From IMG/VR virus record IMGVR_UViG_3300022895_000228, positions 1 through 40,504 of that record: DNA of 40,504 bases. One strand, given 5' to 3'. The first letter of the stretch is position 1. Every line of letters starts with the position of its first letter. Of this stretch, positions 27,953 to 36,992 are shown piece after piece. The notes under the pieces are model-generated. The model was not told the origin of the DNA and searched no databases. It was given only the letters and a program-made list of their open reading frames with translations. Origin of the DNA: a virus (Duplodnaviria; Caudoviricetes). The translations under genes were made by a program, and so were the position numbers.

Positions 27953-28310
27953 TCAAACAGCTCTCCACCACATCCTTTCGGTTATCTGCAATGGTGTAGC
28001 CCATACCGAAAGTTTTATAGAACTTAACTGCTGATCCCGCTCCATTTGGGCTGATATCGGCGAACATGGTGTCTTTCCATGTAAAGACCGTGATTTTATT
28101 ACTCGACTTCTCAACATGTGTCGTGTTGTCTCGTTCAAGCATGACACGGGTATTAGTCCATCGTTCATAGATGCATTCACTGAGAACTTCAGGGGATTTG
28201 GTGCTTTCTCTGCTCAGAAGTGGTGCTTCGTTTCTTGCCTCATTAGGCGTTGATAGGCATCCAGACAGAAGTGCTGATGATGCTAAAATAAGTACTATTC
28301 CTTTCCTCAC
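27945..28310 (-). CDS. Lipoprotein (moron)
   Basis: Signal peptide with lipobox LSG-C, two further Cys. Confidence 0.75.
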   Translation of the reverse strand: MRKGIVLILASSALLSGCLSTPNEARNEAPLLSRESTKSPEVLSECIYERWTNTRVMLERDNTTHVEKSSNKITVFTWKDTMFADISPNGAGSAVKFYKTFGMGYTIADNRKDVVESCLID

Positions 28311-28455
28311 GATTTTTCCTTCTGCTATTTATACATTTTTGGATTTCAAGTATAACTACAACTTGATGTGAATGTGTATAATCCGATTAACTTTGATTTT
28401 TTCTGTTATTTTATAAAAACACCTGATTCATAATTTTAAGTGGGGTAAATATTAA

Positions 28456-28803
28456 TTGGCTACCAATGTGACTGCAATAGAACAGATACACGCATATGCA
28501 AAAGGTGTTATGGAAAGGGTTGACCACCACGCAGGGAATGTAGGAGGGGTAGCTCTAGTCCTACTCGGTGGTGTTATCTGGCGAGCAGAGCCAAAATCCG
28601 TAAAAATTTATGAAGTTAAAGGGAAAATGACAAATGTTATCTGGTGGACAAGCTCATTTACGGGGAATAAATATGTTCTTTCGTACAATCATGTAGAACA
28701 GAGTATTGAAATAAAAGATCAAAAGATTAATGGTGAGGTGTTGCATAGTTTGTCTAATAAGATGGCGGTTACTGATGCACTTGAAATAATTTCGGAACTA
28801 TAA
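28456..28803 (+). CDS. Hfx_Cass5-like (integron cassette family) protein
   Basis: Y..GVM.R.DHHA.NV, NV.W and Y...YNH....IE motifs recalled for Hfx_Cass5; AT-rich, opposite strand, hairpin plus T-run at 28844-28867. Confidence 0.65.
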   Translation: MATNVTAIEQIHAYAKGVMERVDHHAGNVGGVALVLLGGVIWRAEPKSVKIYEVKGKMTNVIWWTSSFTGNKYVLSYNHVEQSIEIKDQKINGEVLHSLSNKMAVTDALEIISEL

Positions 28804-28865
28804 AATATCAACTAGTAGAGAATGTCTATTCCCCTGAAATGTTTGCAGTATTTTTTACTGCATTT

Positions 28866-29792
28866 TTATGCTTGTTCCTTGAGTGATTTAACCATCTGAT
28901 ACATTGCTTCTGGCGGCACTGCATTACCGGCCATGTGAACAGTCAGCTTGTGCGATGGCGGTTTGATGTAGTCGGCAGGGAATGACATGGCCAGCATGTT
29001 CTCTTCCTTGGTCAGAATGCGCATGCGGTCGCCGTCAACTACTGCCCAGCGATCACGCGTCGTGATGGTGCCGATCGGACGCTGCAGGGAGCGGCCTGAT
29101 TTGGTGTTGCCGTAATACGACATCAGGAACCGATCGCCGAATTGAGCTCGTCCATTTGCTACCCGGTCGAGTGTGGCCGATGCGCGACCCGGTTTGTTGA
29201 CCAGTGACCAGCGGCCAGAGTCGAAATCGATGAACGACTCAGCCGGGACATGCGGAAGCGTTGGCAACTTCAACATCAGCGGATTCTTGCTCTTGGTGCA
29301 GACGATGAACATGCGCTTACGGTTCTGAGGTACGCCAAGGTCGGCGCAATCAACGAGGTGTGACGCCAGTGAATATCCCAGCTTCTGCATGGCATGCTCC
29401 CACGCAGGGAACAGTAACCACTGCAGGAACTCCGGCACGTTCTCAACGATAATTTGCTCTGGATTTAGCACCTCAGCCGCCGCTGTAACTGCCCATGCCG
29501 TTGAGCGACTTGCATCGTGCTGTGGGTTGCCGTTGGCTTTCCCTCGGGCCTTGCTGTGGCCCTGACAGCACGGAGAGGCAAGCAACAGATCCAGTCTTGG
29601 GGTCAATTCCAAAACGGATGCGAAATTAGCCTGATGTAAGTCCTGGCATGCGTGAACGGTGTTAGGGTGGTTAAGCGCGTGGGCATCAACAGCTTCCTGC
29701 CAGTGATTAGCTGCCCAGACGATTTCTACACCTGCTTTTGTTGCGCCAGTAGACGAGCCGCCGAGGCCAGCAAATAAGTCGATACCTTTCAT
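28866..29792 (-). CDS. DNA (cytosine-5) methyltransferase
   Basis: IDLFAGLGG, SPCCQ, ENV, Q.R.R and GNAV motifs; start adjusted to MKGIDLF. Confidence 0.93.
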   Translation of the reverse strand: MKGIDLFAGLGGSSTGATKAGVEIVWAANHWQEAVDAHALNHPNTVHACQDLHQANFASVLELTPRLDLLLASPCCQGHSKARGKANGNPQHDASRSTAWAVTAAAEVLNPEQIIVENVPEFLQWLLFPAWEHAMQKLGYSLASHLVDCADLGVPQNRKRMFIVCTKSKNPLMLKLPTLPHVPAESFIDFDSGRWSLVNKPGRASATLDRVANGRAQFGDRFLMSYYGNTKSGRSLQRPIGTITTRDRWAVVDGDRMRILTKEENMLAMSFPADYIKPPSHKLTVHMAGNAVPPEAMYQMVKSLKEQA

Positions 29793-30418
29793 GACTTCAC
29801 CTCCACACGCTTGAACTCGATCACCCAAACCCATGGATTGGCGTTCCAGCTTTCTTCCCCGTAAATGGATTGCCATAATTCCCTGAATGCCACCTGGTGC
29901 ATCATGTGTTCGTGACCAGGGGAAACACCGGCTTTCACGCCTTCGGCTTTGGCATCCTCTTCGCTGATATCGTTCAGCCTCTCAATGCGCACGTCGGTGA
30001 TTTCCAACGTGATGCGGGATGCCCAGCGCGGCATGTGGATTGATGGAGTCCACTTCTCCGGCGACACCTGTTTATTACAAACCAAAACCGGCACGCGTCG
30101 GGTTTGCTCAGTCCATGAGTTGCGCTCACTTGCCCGATAAACAAGCGTGGAAACGTCGGTTGCGCGACTATGAACCCTGAATGCCTCCCGCACCCACAGC
30201 CGATCGCCTACCTGGCCGAATGGGCAATGCTCGCGGTAATAGATCTGGCTGTTTTCGTGATCGACACCAGACTCAAGCGGGTAGCATTCGCCAGCACTGG
30301 AGGCCGCATCGATCAGGTGCAAATGGCGCTCGGTTAATGTCCGCCGCGTCTGGGTCTTGCGACCGTCGAGAATGGCGCGAACCATCTCACCGTTAAAAAT
30401 CACTGGGCGCTCTTTCAT
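29789..30418 (-). CDS. ASCH-like phage protein
   Basis: MVRAILDGRKTQTRR, GDRLWVRE, PSIHMPRWASRI, NPWVWVIEF. Confidence 0.8.
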   Translation of the reverse strand: MKERPVIFNGEMVRAILDGRKTQTRRTLTERHLHLIDAASSAGECYPLESGVDHENSQIYYREHCPFGQVGDRLWVREAFRVHSRATDVSTLVYRASERNSWTEQTRRVPVLVCNKQVSPEKWTPSIHMPRWASRITLEITDVRIERLNDISEEDAKAEGVKAGVSPGHEHMMHQVAFRELWQSIYGEESWNANPWVWVIEFKRVEVKS

Positions 30419-30603
30419 TTGGCCTCCCGCAGCGTGGTGGCGAAGTGATAGGCCAAACCAACCTCATTCTGGAAGCAATGGTAACCACCGATTGGTGAGT
30501 CGAGGAAGTCAGCAAACTTCTCCACTCCCCGCGCTTCATAGCTCATCGGTACTGGCTTATCAGTTTTTATATCTTGATTTACAAGGTTATTTTTCATTAT
30601 CAA
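30415..30603 (-). CDS. Hypothetical protein
   Basis: Fills the operon gap, 4-bp overlap with the next gene. Confidence 0.55.
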   Translation of the reverse strand: MIMKNNLVNQDIKTDKPVPMSYEARGVEKFADFLDSPIGGYHCFQNEVGLAYHFATTLREAK

Positions 30604-30607
30604 ACCC

Positions 30608-30820
30608 TTATCTGTGTGTACGTTGTTTCAGTTCTTCCAGCTCTTTGCAGTCGAAGCAAAGGCGGACACCTGGCACGGTTCTGCGTCGTGCTTCTGGAAT
30701 TGGTTCGCCGCACTCGTCGCATTCATGCGCCGCCGGCAGTGTTGTTTTTTTGGTTGCTGCATCGAGCTGCGCTTTCAGGTACATCTCTGCGCGTTCGTTG
30801 GCCTGGTCGATGTTGTCCAT
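30608..30820 (-). CDS. TraR/DksA C4 zinc-finger protein
   Basis: MD.ID.A, C..CGEPIPEARR...PG...C..C. Confidence 0.92.
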   Translation of the reverse strand: MDNIDQANERAEMYLKAQLDAATKKTTLPAAHECDECGEPIPEARRRTVPGVRLCFDCKELEELKQRTHR

Positions 30821-30822
30821 GG

Positions 30823-31176
30823 TTAAAACTCCTCTTCCTGCCAGCCGCCACCTGCTTTCTTGCTTTTGGCCTTTAGCGCTACAAATTTGAACGGGTACAC
30901 ATCTGCGGCGACTTTGATTTTTACCCTGGCGTCGTCAGTCCAAAACCCTTTAACTTCGTGCATTTCCATGGTTCCGTCGGCGCGCATTACTGCGAAATCC
31001 GGCGTGTAAAACGTGTTATCTGCCAGGCGGAGCTTTACGCCTTCAAATTTGAACCAAGCGATCAGCCCTGCTGATTTCAGCATCGCTAGGTCAACGCAAT
31101 ATGCTTGCTCGGTGTTATTCATCTGCCCGGCTTTAAGTCGACCCAGAGCAAATGATGGGTTTGCACTTCGCTTCAC
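30823..31176 (-). CDS. DUF1064-like PD-(D/E)XK nuclease
   Basis: YTPDF...HEVKG motif. Confidence 0.8.
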   Translation of the reverse strand: MKRSANPSFALGRLKAGQMNNTEQAYCVDLAMLKSAGLIAWFKFEGVKLRLADNTFYTPDFAVMRADGTMEMHEVKGFWTDDARVKIKVAADVYPFKFVALKAKSKKAGGGWQEEEF

Positions 31177-31191
31177 TGCGGACCCCTTAAA

Positions 31192-31224
31192 TTACCCCTT
31201 AGGTAATAATTACCAATTAGGTAA
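31192..31224. promoter_or_regulatory. Tandem Rep operators
   Basis: TTACCccttaGGTAA 31192-31206 and TTACCaattaGGTAA 31210-31224. Confidence 0.8.
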
Positions 31225-31385
31225 TTATTTACAACTAAAAAATAGCGATTGTTCTCACAATTCGCACCTGCGCTAAAACTCTCTGTACGGGCCGTGGTTA
31301 AGATTTACAACATAAGCCATCAAGTTATGTGACTGAATGCCACTTAACGGATTCTACCCACCGTAGCCGCAGGAATTTCAGCAAT

Positions 31386-32084
31386 TCAATTCGTATTTGG
31401 TTTGTCACTCCGCAACCGCTTGAGCATTTCCATCGCTGCTGAGTGTCCTGCTCCCGGTGTACCTCGCTTAATTTCAGAAGCTTTTTCTGACAGCAGCGGC
31501 ACCGGCTTGGGTATCGTCTCCCCGGCCCTGACTTTCTCAGCCCAACGCTTCAGGTGTTTATCGGCCCGGCGCTCCAGCTCCACTTCGCTCAGGTTCTTCT
31601 GGATCATTTCCCGGCGCAGATCGCAGATAATCCAGTACAGAACATCATGGCGCCACGGATAAGTTTCCGCGCAGCTATGCAGATACTTGTTCCGGTTGTA
31701 CTTGCGAAACTCTTCCATCACGTCGTCTACGGACAGACCAAACATATTTGCCATTGATTGGCTGACGATCGCCATGAAATCAGCCAGGTCTGGTGCGTAG
31801 CTGTTGCCATCCCAGCAACGTTGGACACATGCGGCTATCGCCTGCTGGATCTGCTGATCAGTGAGCGCTGTAATCGCCTGCTTCCAAAGTAACGACGGTG
31901 CCCTGCCGTTCTTCGCCGTCCACCGGTCCGAATAGATCTCCATCATCCTCATCCAGAATTTTGCGTATCTGGCTTTCGTTAAGTCCGTCTGATCGCAGTT
32001 GCTCTGTGAGTGCTGCGTATACCCCTTCGGCCGCGTTCCCGCGCCAATGTCCAGTTGTCCCATCAGGTCGCTTACCTGTTTCAT
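31386..32084 (-). CDS. Replication protein (lambda P-like helicase loader family)
   Basis: W..M..IY..RW...NG..PS..W and P.LA.F motifs; SD CAGGAG; follows the initiator. Confidence 0.7.
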   Translation of the reverse strand: MKQVSDLMGQLDIGAGTRPKGYTQHSQSNCDQTDLTKARYAKFWMRMMEIYSDRWTAKNGRAPSLLWKQAITALTDQQIQQAIAACVQRCWDGNSYAPDLADFMAIVSQSMANMFGLSVDDVMEEFRKYNRNKYLHSCAETYPWRHDVLYWIICDLRREMIQKNLSEVELERRADKHLKRWAEKVRAGETIPKPVPLLSEKASEIKRGTPGAGHSAAMEMLKRLRSDKPNTN

Positions 32085-32811
32085 GGTTTTTTACTCCTGT
32101 CGTTTTACGGGCGCGGCTCATGAGCACGCTACGTGCAAGTTTCTGTTCCCACTGCGCTTGGTGGAACGCCTTTCCCTCAGGTTCCCAGAAGCCGATAAAT
32201 TCCTGCAGCTCCTCCGGCGTCACCGGTTCGGCGATCTTCATCCCCCAAGTAGCAGCCATGCGTTGGAAGTCAGTTCCGGGTTGCCAACCGTTTTGCATGG
32301 TGAACTTGCCAAAGTTATTCCCGTTCATTGGGAACGGTGGCGGCTCGTCTTTCGGGGGATCACCCGGCGGTGAATCTTTCGTTCTCGCGTTAGAGTGGGG
32401 TTTATCTTTTAGATATTCTCTTCTCTTCTCTTCTCTGGTCGTCATTTTGTCCGCATCGGAAGCGGACATTTTGCGGACGCTCCTTTTCCGTGCCGCATCC
32501 TGTGCCCGACGCTTGGCAGATTGCCCGTTATGCTCGTCAAATCTGGGCATTACGAGGTTTTCGCCGTCAACTTCCAGCCAACCTACAGCCATCATTGCGC
32601 GTGAAAATCCGGGAAATCCGATCATGTCATCGAGCGTTTCAGGACTGTAGCCGTCAAGGAAACCATCAACAGAATGGACATCGAAAAGACACCATGCGGA
32701 ATGTAGTCCGCCAACTATCCGAAGTCTGTCCGCTTTCAATGCGGACGCCATGCGGACAATTTTCGGATGCGTATGGAGGTCTGAGCGCATCTTGATCCAG
32801 TCGCCTGCCAT
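31858..32811 (-). CDS. Replication initiator with DnaT-like domain
   Basis: [16 protein letters not shown]-terminus, REEKRRE linker, KF.M...WQP...EF..FW...G......WEQKL DnaT-like region. Confidence 0.85.
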   Translation of the reverse strand: MAGDWIKMRSDLHTHPKIVRMASALKADRLRIVGGLHSAWCLFDVHSVDGFLDGYSPETLDDMIGFPGFSRAMMAVGWLEVDGENLVMPRFDEHNGQSAKRRAQDAARKRSVRKMSASDADKMTTREEKRREYLKDKPHSNARTKDSPPGDPPKDEPPPFPMNGNNFGKFTMQNGWQPGTDFQRMAATWGMKIAEPVTPEELQEFIGFWEPEGKAFHQAQWEQKLARSVLMSRARKTTGVKNHETGKRPDGTTGHWRGNAAEGVYAALTEQLRSDGLNESQIRKILDEDDGDLFGPVDGEERQGTVVTLEAGDYSAH

Positions 32812-33017
32812 CAGCGCACCTCCGCGACTTTTGCCCTGGCGTCATGGATCAGCTTTTTGATGTGCTTACGGTAGACGGAAGAATGTTGCGCTGAACACTC
32901 GACGCATACCCCGTTACTCGTAAAGCGCTCAGAGTAGTGACCATTACGGCAAGGTTTACCGGTATAGAACCGGAGTTGACCGAGATTTATGGCCTCGGCC
33001 CGGGTAACAATTTTCAT
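32811..33017 (-). CDS. Small Cys/His (zinc-binding) phage protein
   Basis: TR.EA...G...FYTGKPC.NGH...R......C.EC. Confidence 0.75.
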   Translation of the reverse strand: MKIVTRAEAINLGQLRFYTGKPCRNGHYSERFTSNGVCVECSAQHSSVYRKHIKKLIHDARAKVAEVR

Positions 33018-33119
33018 TCATAGGCCTCTTTTACTGTCGTCAGTGATGTAAGAATGCACGCAAAGCAAAAATATATCAACCATAAATGAATATTTGTTAC
33101 CAAACCTACAAAGCCAATA

Positions 33120-33142
33120 AAAAAGGGCCGCATAAGCGACCC
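33120..33142 (-). terminator. Terminator after cro
   Basis: Minus strand GGGTCGC-TTAT-GCGGCCC-TTTTT. Confidence 0.7.
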
Positions 33143-33161
33143 CGGTTTTGGTGAAGGTAGA

Positions 33162-33380
33162 TCAGTAGAAGAACGATACCAGCTGCGGTTTCGTCAATTC
33201 CGGTTTGCGTTTCTTGCATGCCTTAAACAGCTGATCCATTAACTTTTTCTTCGGCATCCGCGTGCGGCGCTGCGTATGCGTCATGATGTAGTGTGCGGTT
33301 GTGCCGGCCTCTTCTGCAAACACATCACGCTCGTCTTTGCTCATCGCCAGCCAGAACTGTTTGAAGTTGAATGGCTCCAT
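33162..33380 (-). CDS. Cro-like regulator
   Basis: 72 aa from MEPF, FAEEAGTT..YI HTH, divergent from the repressor. Confidence 0.75.
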   Translation of the reverse strand: MEPFNFKQFWLAMSKDERDVFAEEAGTTAHYIMTHTQRRTRMPKKKLMDQLFKACKKRKPELTKPQLVSFFY

Positions 33381-33417
33381 TGTGCTGCCTAATTTCTGGA
33401 ATTTATCTTGCAGATAA

Positions 33418-33479
33418 TTACCTAAATGGTGCAATTAGGCAAATTTATTACCTTTTAGGTTCGTTTACCATTAAGGTAA
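33418..33479. promoter_or_regulatory. rep/cro switch with three operators
   Basis: TTACCtaaatGGTgc 33418, TTACCttttaGGTtc 33448, TTACCattaaGGTAA 33465. Confidence 0.75.
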
Positions 33480-33530
33480 TTTTGTTTTAAATACAGGCAG
33501 CAAACAATTCAACGGACTGTGTAACACACT

Positions 33531-34127
33531 ATGAAAAGCATTAACGACATCCGCCGCGAGAACCTCCGCGACATCATTAACCGTGATTTTGACGGCCGCC
33601 AGGTACGTCTTGCCGAACGGCTGGAGATTAATGCCAACGTGATCAGCCGTTGGCTGAAGCCGCCGACAGATAAGAACCATAAAGGCATTGGTGACAGCGT
33701 GGCCCGCAAGATAGAGGTTGCGGCCAATAAACCTAAATTCTGGCTCGACCGCGACCACATGATGGCCCTGGCCGCCGGCGCCGAGCCTGCACAGGAAGAG
33801 ACAGAAATTGGCGACATCGTAGCCACCAATCTTGAACTTTGGATGAGCAACAACCGCGAGCTTTCCAGCCAAGCTAAAGTTGGTGCAGCTGCAGGCGTCG
33901 GCCAGTCAACGGTTAACCGGGTGTTGAGCCGTGAAGGCAATATCACCATCAATAGCCTGGAGGCTATCGCCGGTGCGTTCGGCCGCCGTGGCTATGAGCT
34001 GTTGCTCAAGCCGAAAGACCCAACCCTGATTAACTATGATCGATCACAGTTTGCGCAGCTATCCGCCGAGGATAAGGCCAAGATCGAATCGTTCATTGAA
34101 TTCGTGATGCAGCAGGCCCGGCTATGA
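33531..34127 (+). CDS. rep: Prophage repressor, SPC32H Rep-like (non-cleavable, two HTH-like domains)
   Basis: 198 aa; MKSI.DIRR.NL..II.RDF, KFWLD.DH and KV..AAG.G..TVNR motifs; no S24 peptidase domain. Confidence 0.88.
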   Translation: MKSINDIRRENLRDIINRDFDGRQVRLAERLEINANVISRWLKPPTDKNHKGIGDSVARKIEVAANKPKFWLDRDHMMALAAGAEPAQEETEIGDIVATNLELWMSNNRELSSQAKVGAAAGVGQSTVNRVLSREGNITINSLEAIAGAFGRRGYELLLKPKDPTLINYDRSQFAQLSAEDKAKIESFIEFVMQQARL

Positions 34128-34390
34128 CAGAGAAAAAATCCTTCAACCTGGCCAACCTCGATAAACATGACATGGACAAGGTGAACGTAGATCTTGCCGC
34201 GTCTGGTGTTGCTTACAAAGAGCGCATGAACCAACCGGTTATCGCTGACCAGGTGGAGCGTGAACAGCCAGAGCACCTGCGCGATTATTACCGCGAACGC
34301 GTGGCGCATTACCGTGAAGTAAGCAAAAGGTTACCAACCGGTTCAGCACCGGTTTACCTCCAAATGGCCGAAGCCAACGGCAAGAAGTAA
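34124..34390 (+). CDS. holE: DNA polymerase III theta homolog (HolE/Hot)
   Basis: [22 protein letters not shown]...[10 protein letters not shown]. Confidence 0.93.
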   Translation: MTEKKSFNLANLDKHDMDKVNVDLAASGVAYKERMNQPVIADQVEREQPEHLRDYYRERVAHYREVSKRLPTGSAPVYLQMAEANGKK

Positions 34391-34452
34391 CCCCCATACC
34401 CTTTCCTTCCAATAAGTTACCGCTATTCGGCGGTTAACCACGCCCATAATAA

Positions 34453-34649
34453 TTACCATTTTGGTAACTTTTTATATTTATAGCTATTGACCAACAGCCG
34501 TTTATGGGTAATCATTACCTCAAGACGTTACCAATCTGGTAATGATGCTCTTTAACAATCAGACAGGAATTGAAGCACCGCGATGATGCGGTGACATTGC
34601 CGGGCATTCCCGCGCATAACCACGCCCATAACAGTTACCAAATTGGTAA
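34453..34649 (+). promoter_or_regulatory. Early promoter with three Rep operators and a boxA/boxB-like site
   Basis: Operators at 34453, 34528, 34635; TTGACC 34487; boxA TGCTCTTTAACAAT 34546-34559; hairpin CACCGC-gatgat-GCGGTG 34576-34593. Confidence 0.75.
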
Positions 34650-34665
34650 TCAATTGAGGTTAAAG

Positions 34666-34818
34666 ATGATATCTCAAACCATCAACGGGATTTACTGCGT
34701 GACCGTCTGCGGCTGTGTCAGTTGGCGGTTTGCAGATTTCAATGAAGCCCTGCACTGGGCATTTACAACACGTGTCGCGCTGGACGCGGCAACTCAATTA
34801 GAGGTTGCACACAGATGA
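34666..34818 (+). CDS. Hypothetical 50-aa protein
   Basis: SD GAGGT before ATG 34666; ATGA overlap with the next gene. Confidence 0.65.
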   Translation: MISQTINGIYCVTVCGCVSWRFADFNEALHWAFTTRVALDAATQLEVAHR

Positions 34819-35858
34819 GCGAAGAAAAACAGCTACCAGCTATCAGCATTACCCCAGAAATGGCCCCAGCAATTTTCATTACCGGCGGCCTTGACCAGTT
34901 TCTATCTCAAATCAAGGAAGCGGTTAACGAGGTTCCAGACCTAAGCACAAAGAAAGGACGCGACCGTGTTGCGTCGCTGGCGGCGGCGGTATCAAGAAGC
35001 AAAACAGCGGTCGAAAAGCCGGGCCGCGATTACTTACGGCAACTGAAAGAAGCAGTTAAACCGGCAGAGCAAGAAATTAAACGCTTTGTTGATGCATGCG
35101 ATCAGCTTCGTGACACCATCCGACTTCCTCTAACCGAATTTGAGAACGCAGAAAAGCAACGCGTTGCCGACCTGCAGCAGCGACTAGCGGAACTTCGTGA
35201 AAGTGCCAACGTGGTTGATGAACTTGGCAACGTTCCACCCGCTGCAGACATAGCTTCTCGACTGGAATCGGTTAAGGCCACAGCGATCGATGAGTCATGG
35301 CAAGAAATAACAGCCGAGGCTGGCGTGGCAAAGGATGCCGCAATCACCAAGTTAGAAGTTGCTCTGAAAGCTGCCCAGCAGCGCGAGGCGGAAGCGGCAG
35401 AACTTGAACGCCTACGCGCCGAAATGGAAATTGCAGCACAGCGTGAACGGGAAGCGCAGATCGCCAAGGACGCGGAGGAGCGTGCGCGCCGGGAAGCCGA
35501 AGAAAAGAGCCGGGCGGAAATCGAAGCGGCTGCAAGGCGAGAAGCCGACGCAAATGCAGTGGCACAGCGTGCAGAGCGTGAACGACTTGAGGCGGCGGAA
35601 CGTGCAGATCGGGAAAAACTGGAAGCCGTTGAAGCGGAACGTATCCGGGCGCAGCAGGCTGAACAGGCTCGATTGGCAGAAGAGAAACGCATCGCCGACG
35701 AAGCAGCAGCAAAAGCTGCCAACGTAGAGCATCGCCGCGACATTAACCGCAGCGTAGTGGCGGATCTGATTGCAGCGGGCATTCCAGAAGACTGCGCAAA
35801 AAAATGTGTTGAAGCCGTTGCCCGCATGCAGGTGCAGCACATGACCATCAACTACTGA
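34815..35858 (+). CDS. Conserved phage coiled-coil protein
   Basis: VPDLSTKKGRD..ASLA..V..SKTA N-terminus, Ala/Glu/Arg-rich coil, EHRR.IN...I.Y end. Confidence 0.8.
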   Translation: MSEEKQLPAISITPEMAPAIFITGGLDQFLSQIKEAVNEVPDLSTKKGRDRVASLAAAVSRSKTAVEKPGRDYLRQLKEAVKPAEQEIKRFVDACDQLRDTIRLPLTEFENAEKQRVADLQQRLAELRESANVVDELGNVPPAADIASRLESVKATAIDESWQEITAEAGVAKDAAITKLEVALKAAQQREAEAAELERLRAEMEIAAQREREAQIAKDAEERARREAEEKSRAEIEAAARREADANAVAQRAERERLEAAERADREKLEAVEAERIRAQQAEQARLAEEKRIADEAAAKAANVEHRRDINRSVVADLIAAGIPEDCAKKCVEAVARMQVQHMTINY

Positions 35859-35859
35859 G

Positions 35860-36171
35860 GTGTTTATGAACGTACAACAGGCTGTCGATATTGAAAAAAT
35901 CGTTGCCAGTTTCACCGAGCAGGACAACGAAGCGGTTTATGCAGAGGTTGAAGCTCTGGATAAGAAGGTGCCGATCCACGGCTTCACCGCCTTCCTCAAG
36001 CAGCACCTACCTGCTGACGTAGACGCCGAGGTGTTGGAGCTGGGCACCGACTCAACCGATTACCAAGAGCTGGCCAGCACAGCAATATGGGATTGCCTCA
36101 CTGAGCTGGTGAAACGCCAGCGTGCTGCGGAAATTTACCGCCGCAGCCATCAGTTTGATGAGGTGGCCTGA
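35860..36171 (+). CDS. Hypothetical protein
   Basis: Operon-packed, SD GAGGTG (start may be ATG 35866). Confidence 0.7.
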   Translation: MFMNVQQAVDIEKIVASFTEQDNEAVYAEVEALDKKVPIHGFTAFLKQHLPADVDAEVLELGTDSTDYQELASTAIWDCLTELVKRQRAAEIYRRSHQFDEVA

Positions 36172-36992
36172 TGAAAACAGGCATCTACCACGATATTTCA
36201 AACGAGGATTACCACGCTGGGGACGGCGTGAGTAAGTCCCAGCTTGATCTGGTCGCCAAGAACCCGGCCCTTTTGCAGTGGATTAAGTCGGCCCCGGTCG
36301 ACACTGAAAAGCTGAAAGCGCTGGATATGGGAACCGCCCTGCACTGCAAATTGCTGGAGCCGGACGAGTTCAGCAAGCGGTTCATCGTTGCACCGGAGTT
36401 CAATCGGCGCACCAAGGAAGGCAAGGAGTCCGAGGCAGCGTTCCTGAAGGACTGCGAGCATACCGGGAAAACGGTCATGGACGCAGAGCAAGGTCGGAAA
36501 CTTAATCTGATGCGCGATAGCGCGATGGCCCACCCGGCGGCGCGGTGGCTGCTGGAAACTGAAGGCCATTGCGAATCGTCATTCTACTGGACTGACCCGG
36601 AAACCGGTGAATTATGCCGGTGCCGGCCGGACAGATACCTGAGCGATCACCCGGTGATTGTGGACGTGAAGAAGGTTGCAGACATGGACCGCTTCGCGCG
36701 CCACATCGAGGAATTCCGCTATCACGTTCAGGATGCCATGTACCGCGATGGATTCCAGCAAGTGACCGGTGAAACCCCTGGGTTTTTCTTCCTGGCTGTC
36801 AGCGAGACGATCGACTGCGGCCGCTACCCGGTACGCGTTTTTGAACTCGATTCAGCAGATGTAGACGAGGGCCACCGACTCTACCGCCGGGATCTAAATA
36901 CCTATCACCAATGCCGTACCACCAATGACTGGGGCGGCGTCGAAAAAATCCAGCGCCCCGCATGGGCCAGAAAACAGGATCAATACGCATGA
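36171..36992 (+). CDS. recE: Exonuclease VIII / RecE-like (DUF3799)
   Basis: GIY.DISNEDYH...GVSKSQLD, GTALH..LLEP, CRCRPD, DVKK, YHVQDA.Y. Confidence 0.92.
   Translation: MKTGIYHDISNEDYHAGDGVSKSQLDLVAKNPALLQWIKSAPVDTEKLKALDMGTALHCKLLEPDEFSKRFIVAPEFNRRTKEGKESEAAFLKDCEHTGKTVMDAEQGRKLNLMRDSAMAHPAARWLLETEGHCESSFYWTDPETGELCRCRPDRYLSDHPVIVDVKKVADMDRFARHIEEFRYHVQDAMYRDGFQQVTGETPGFFFLAVSETIDCGRYPVRVFELDSADVDEGHRLYRRDLNTYHQCRTTNDWGGVEKIQRPAWARKQDQYA

Noticed and set aside
34815-35858. TolA-like annotation
   Set aside because: Similarity would come only from the low-complexity Ala/Glu/Arg coil; there is no TM anchor
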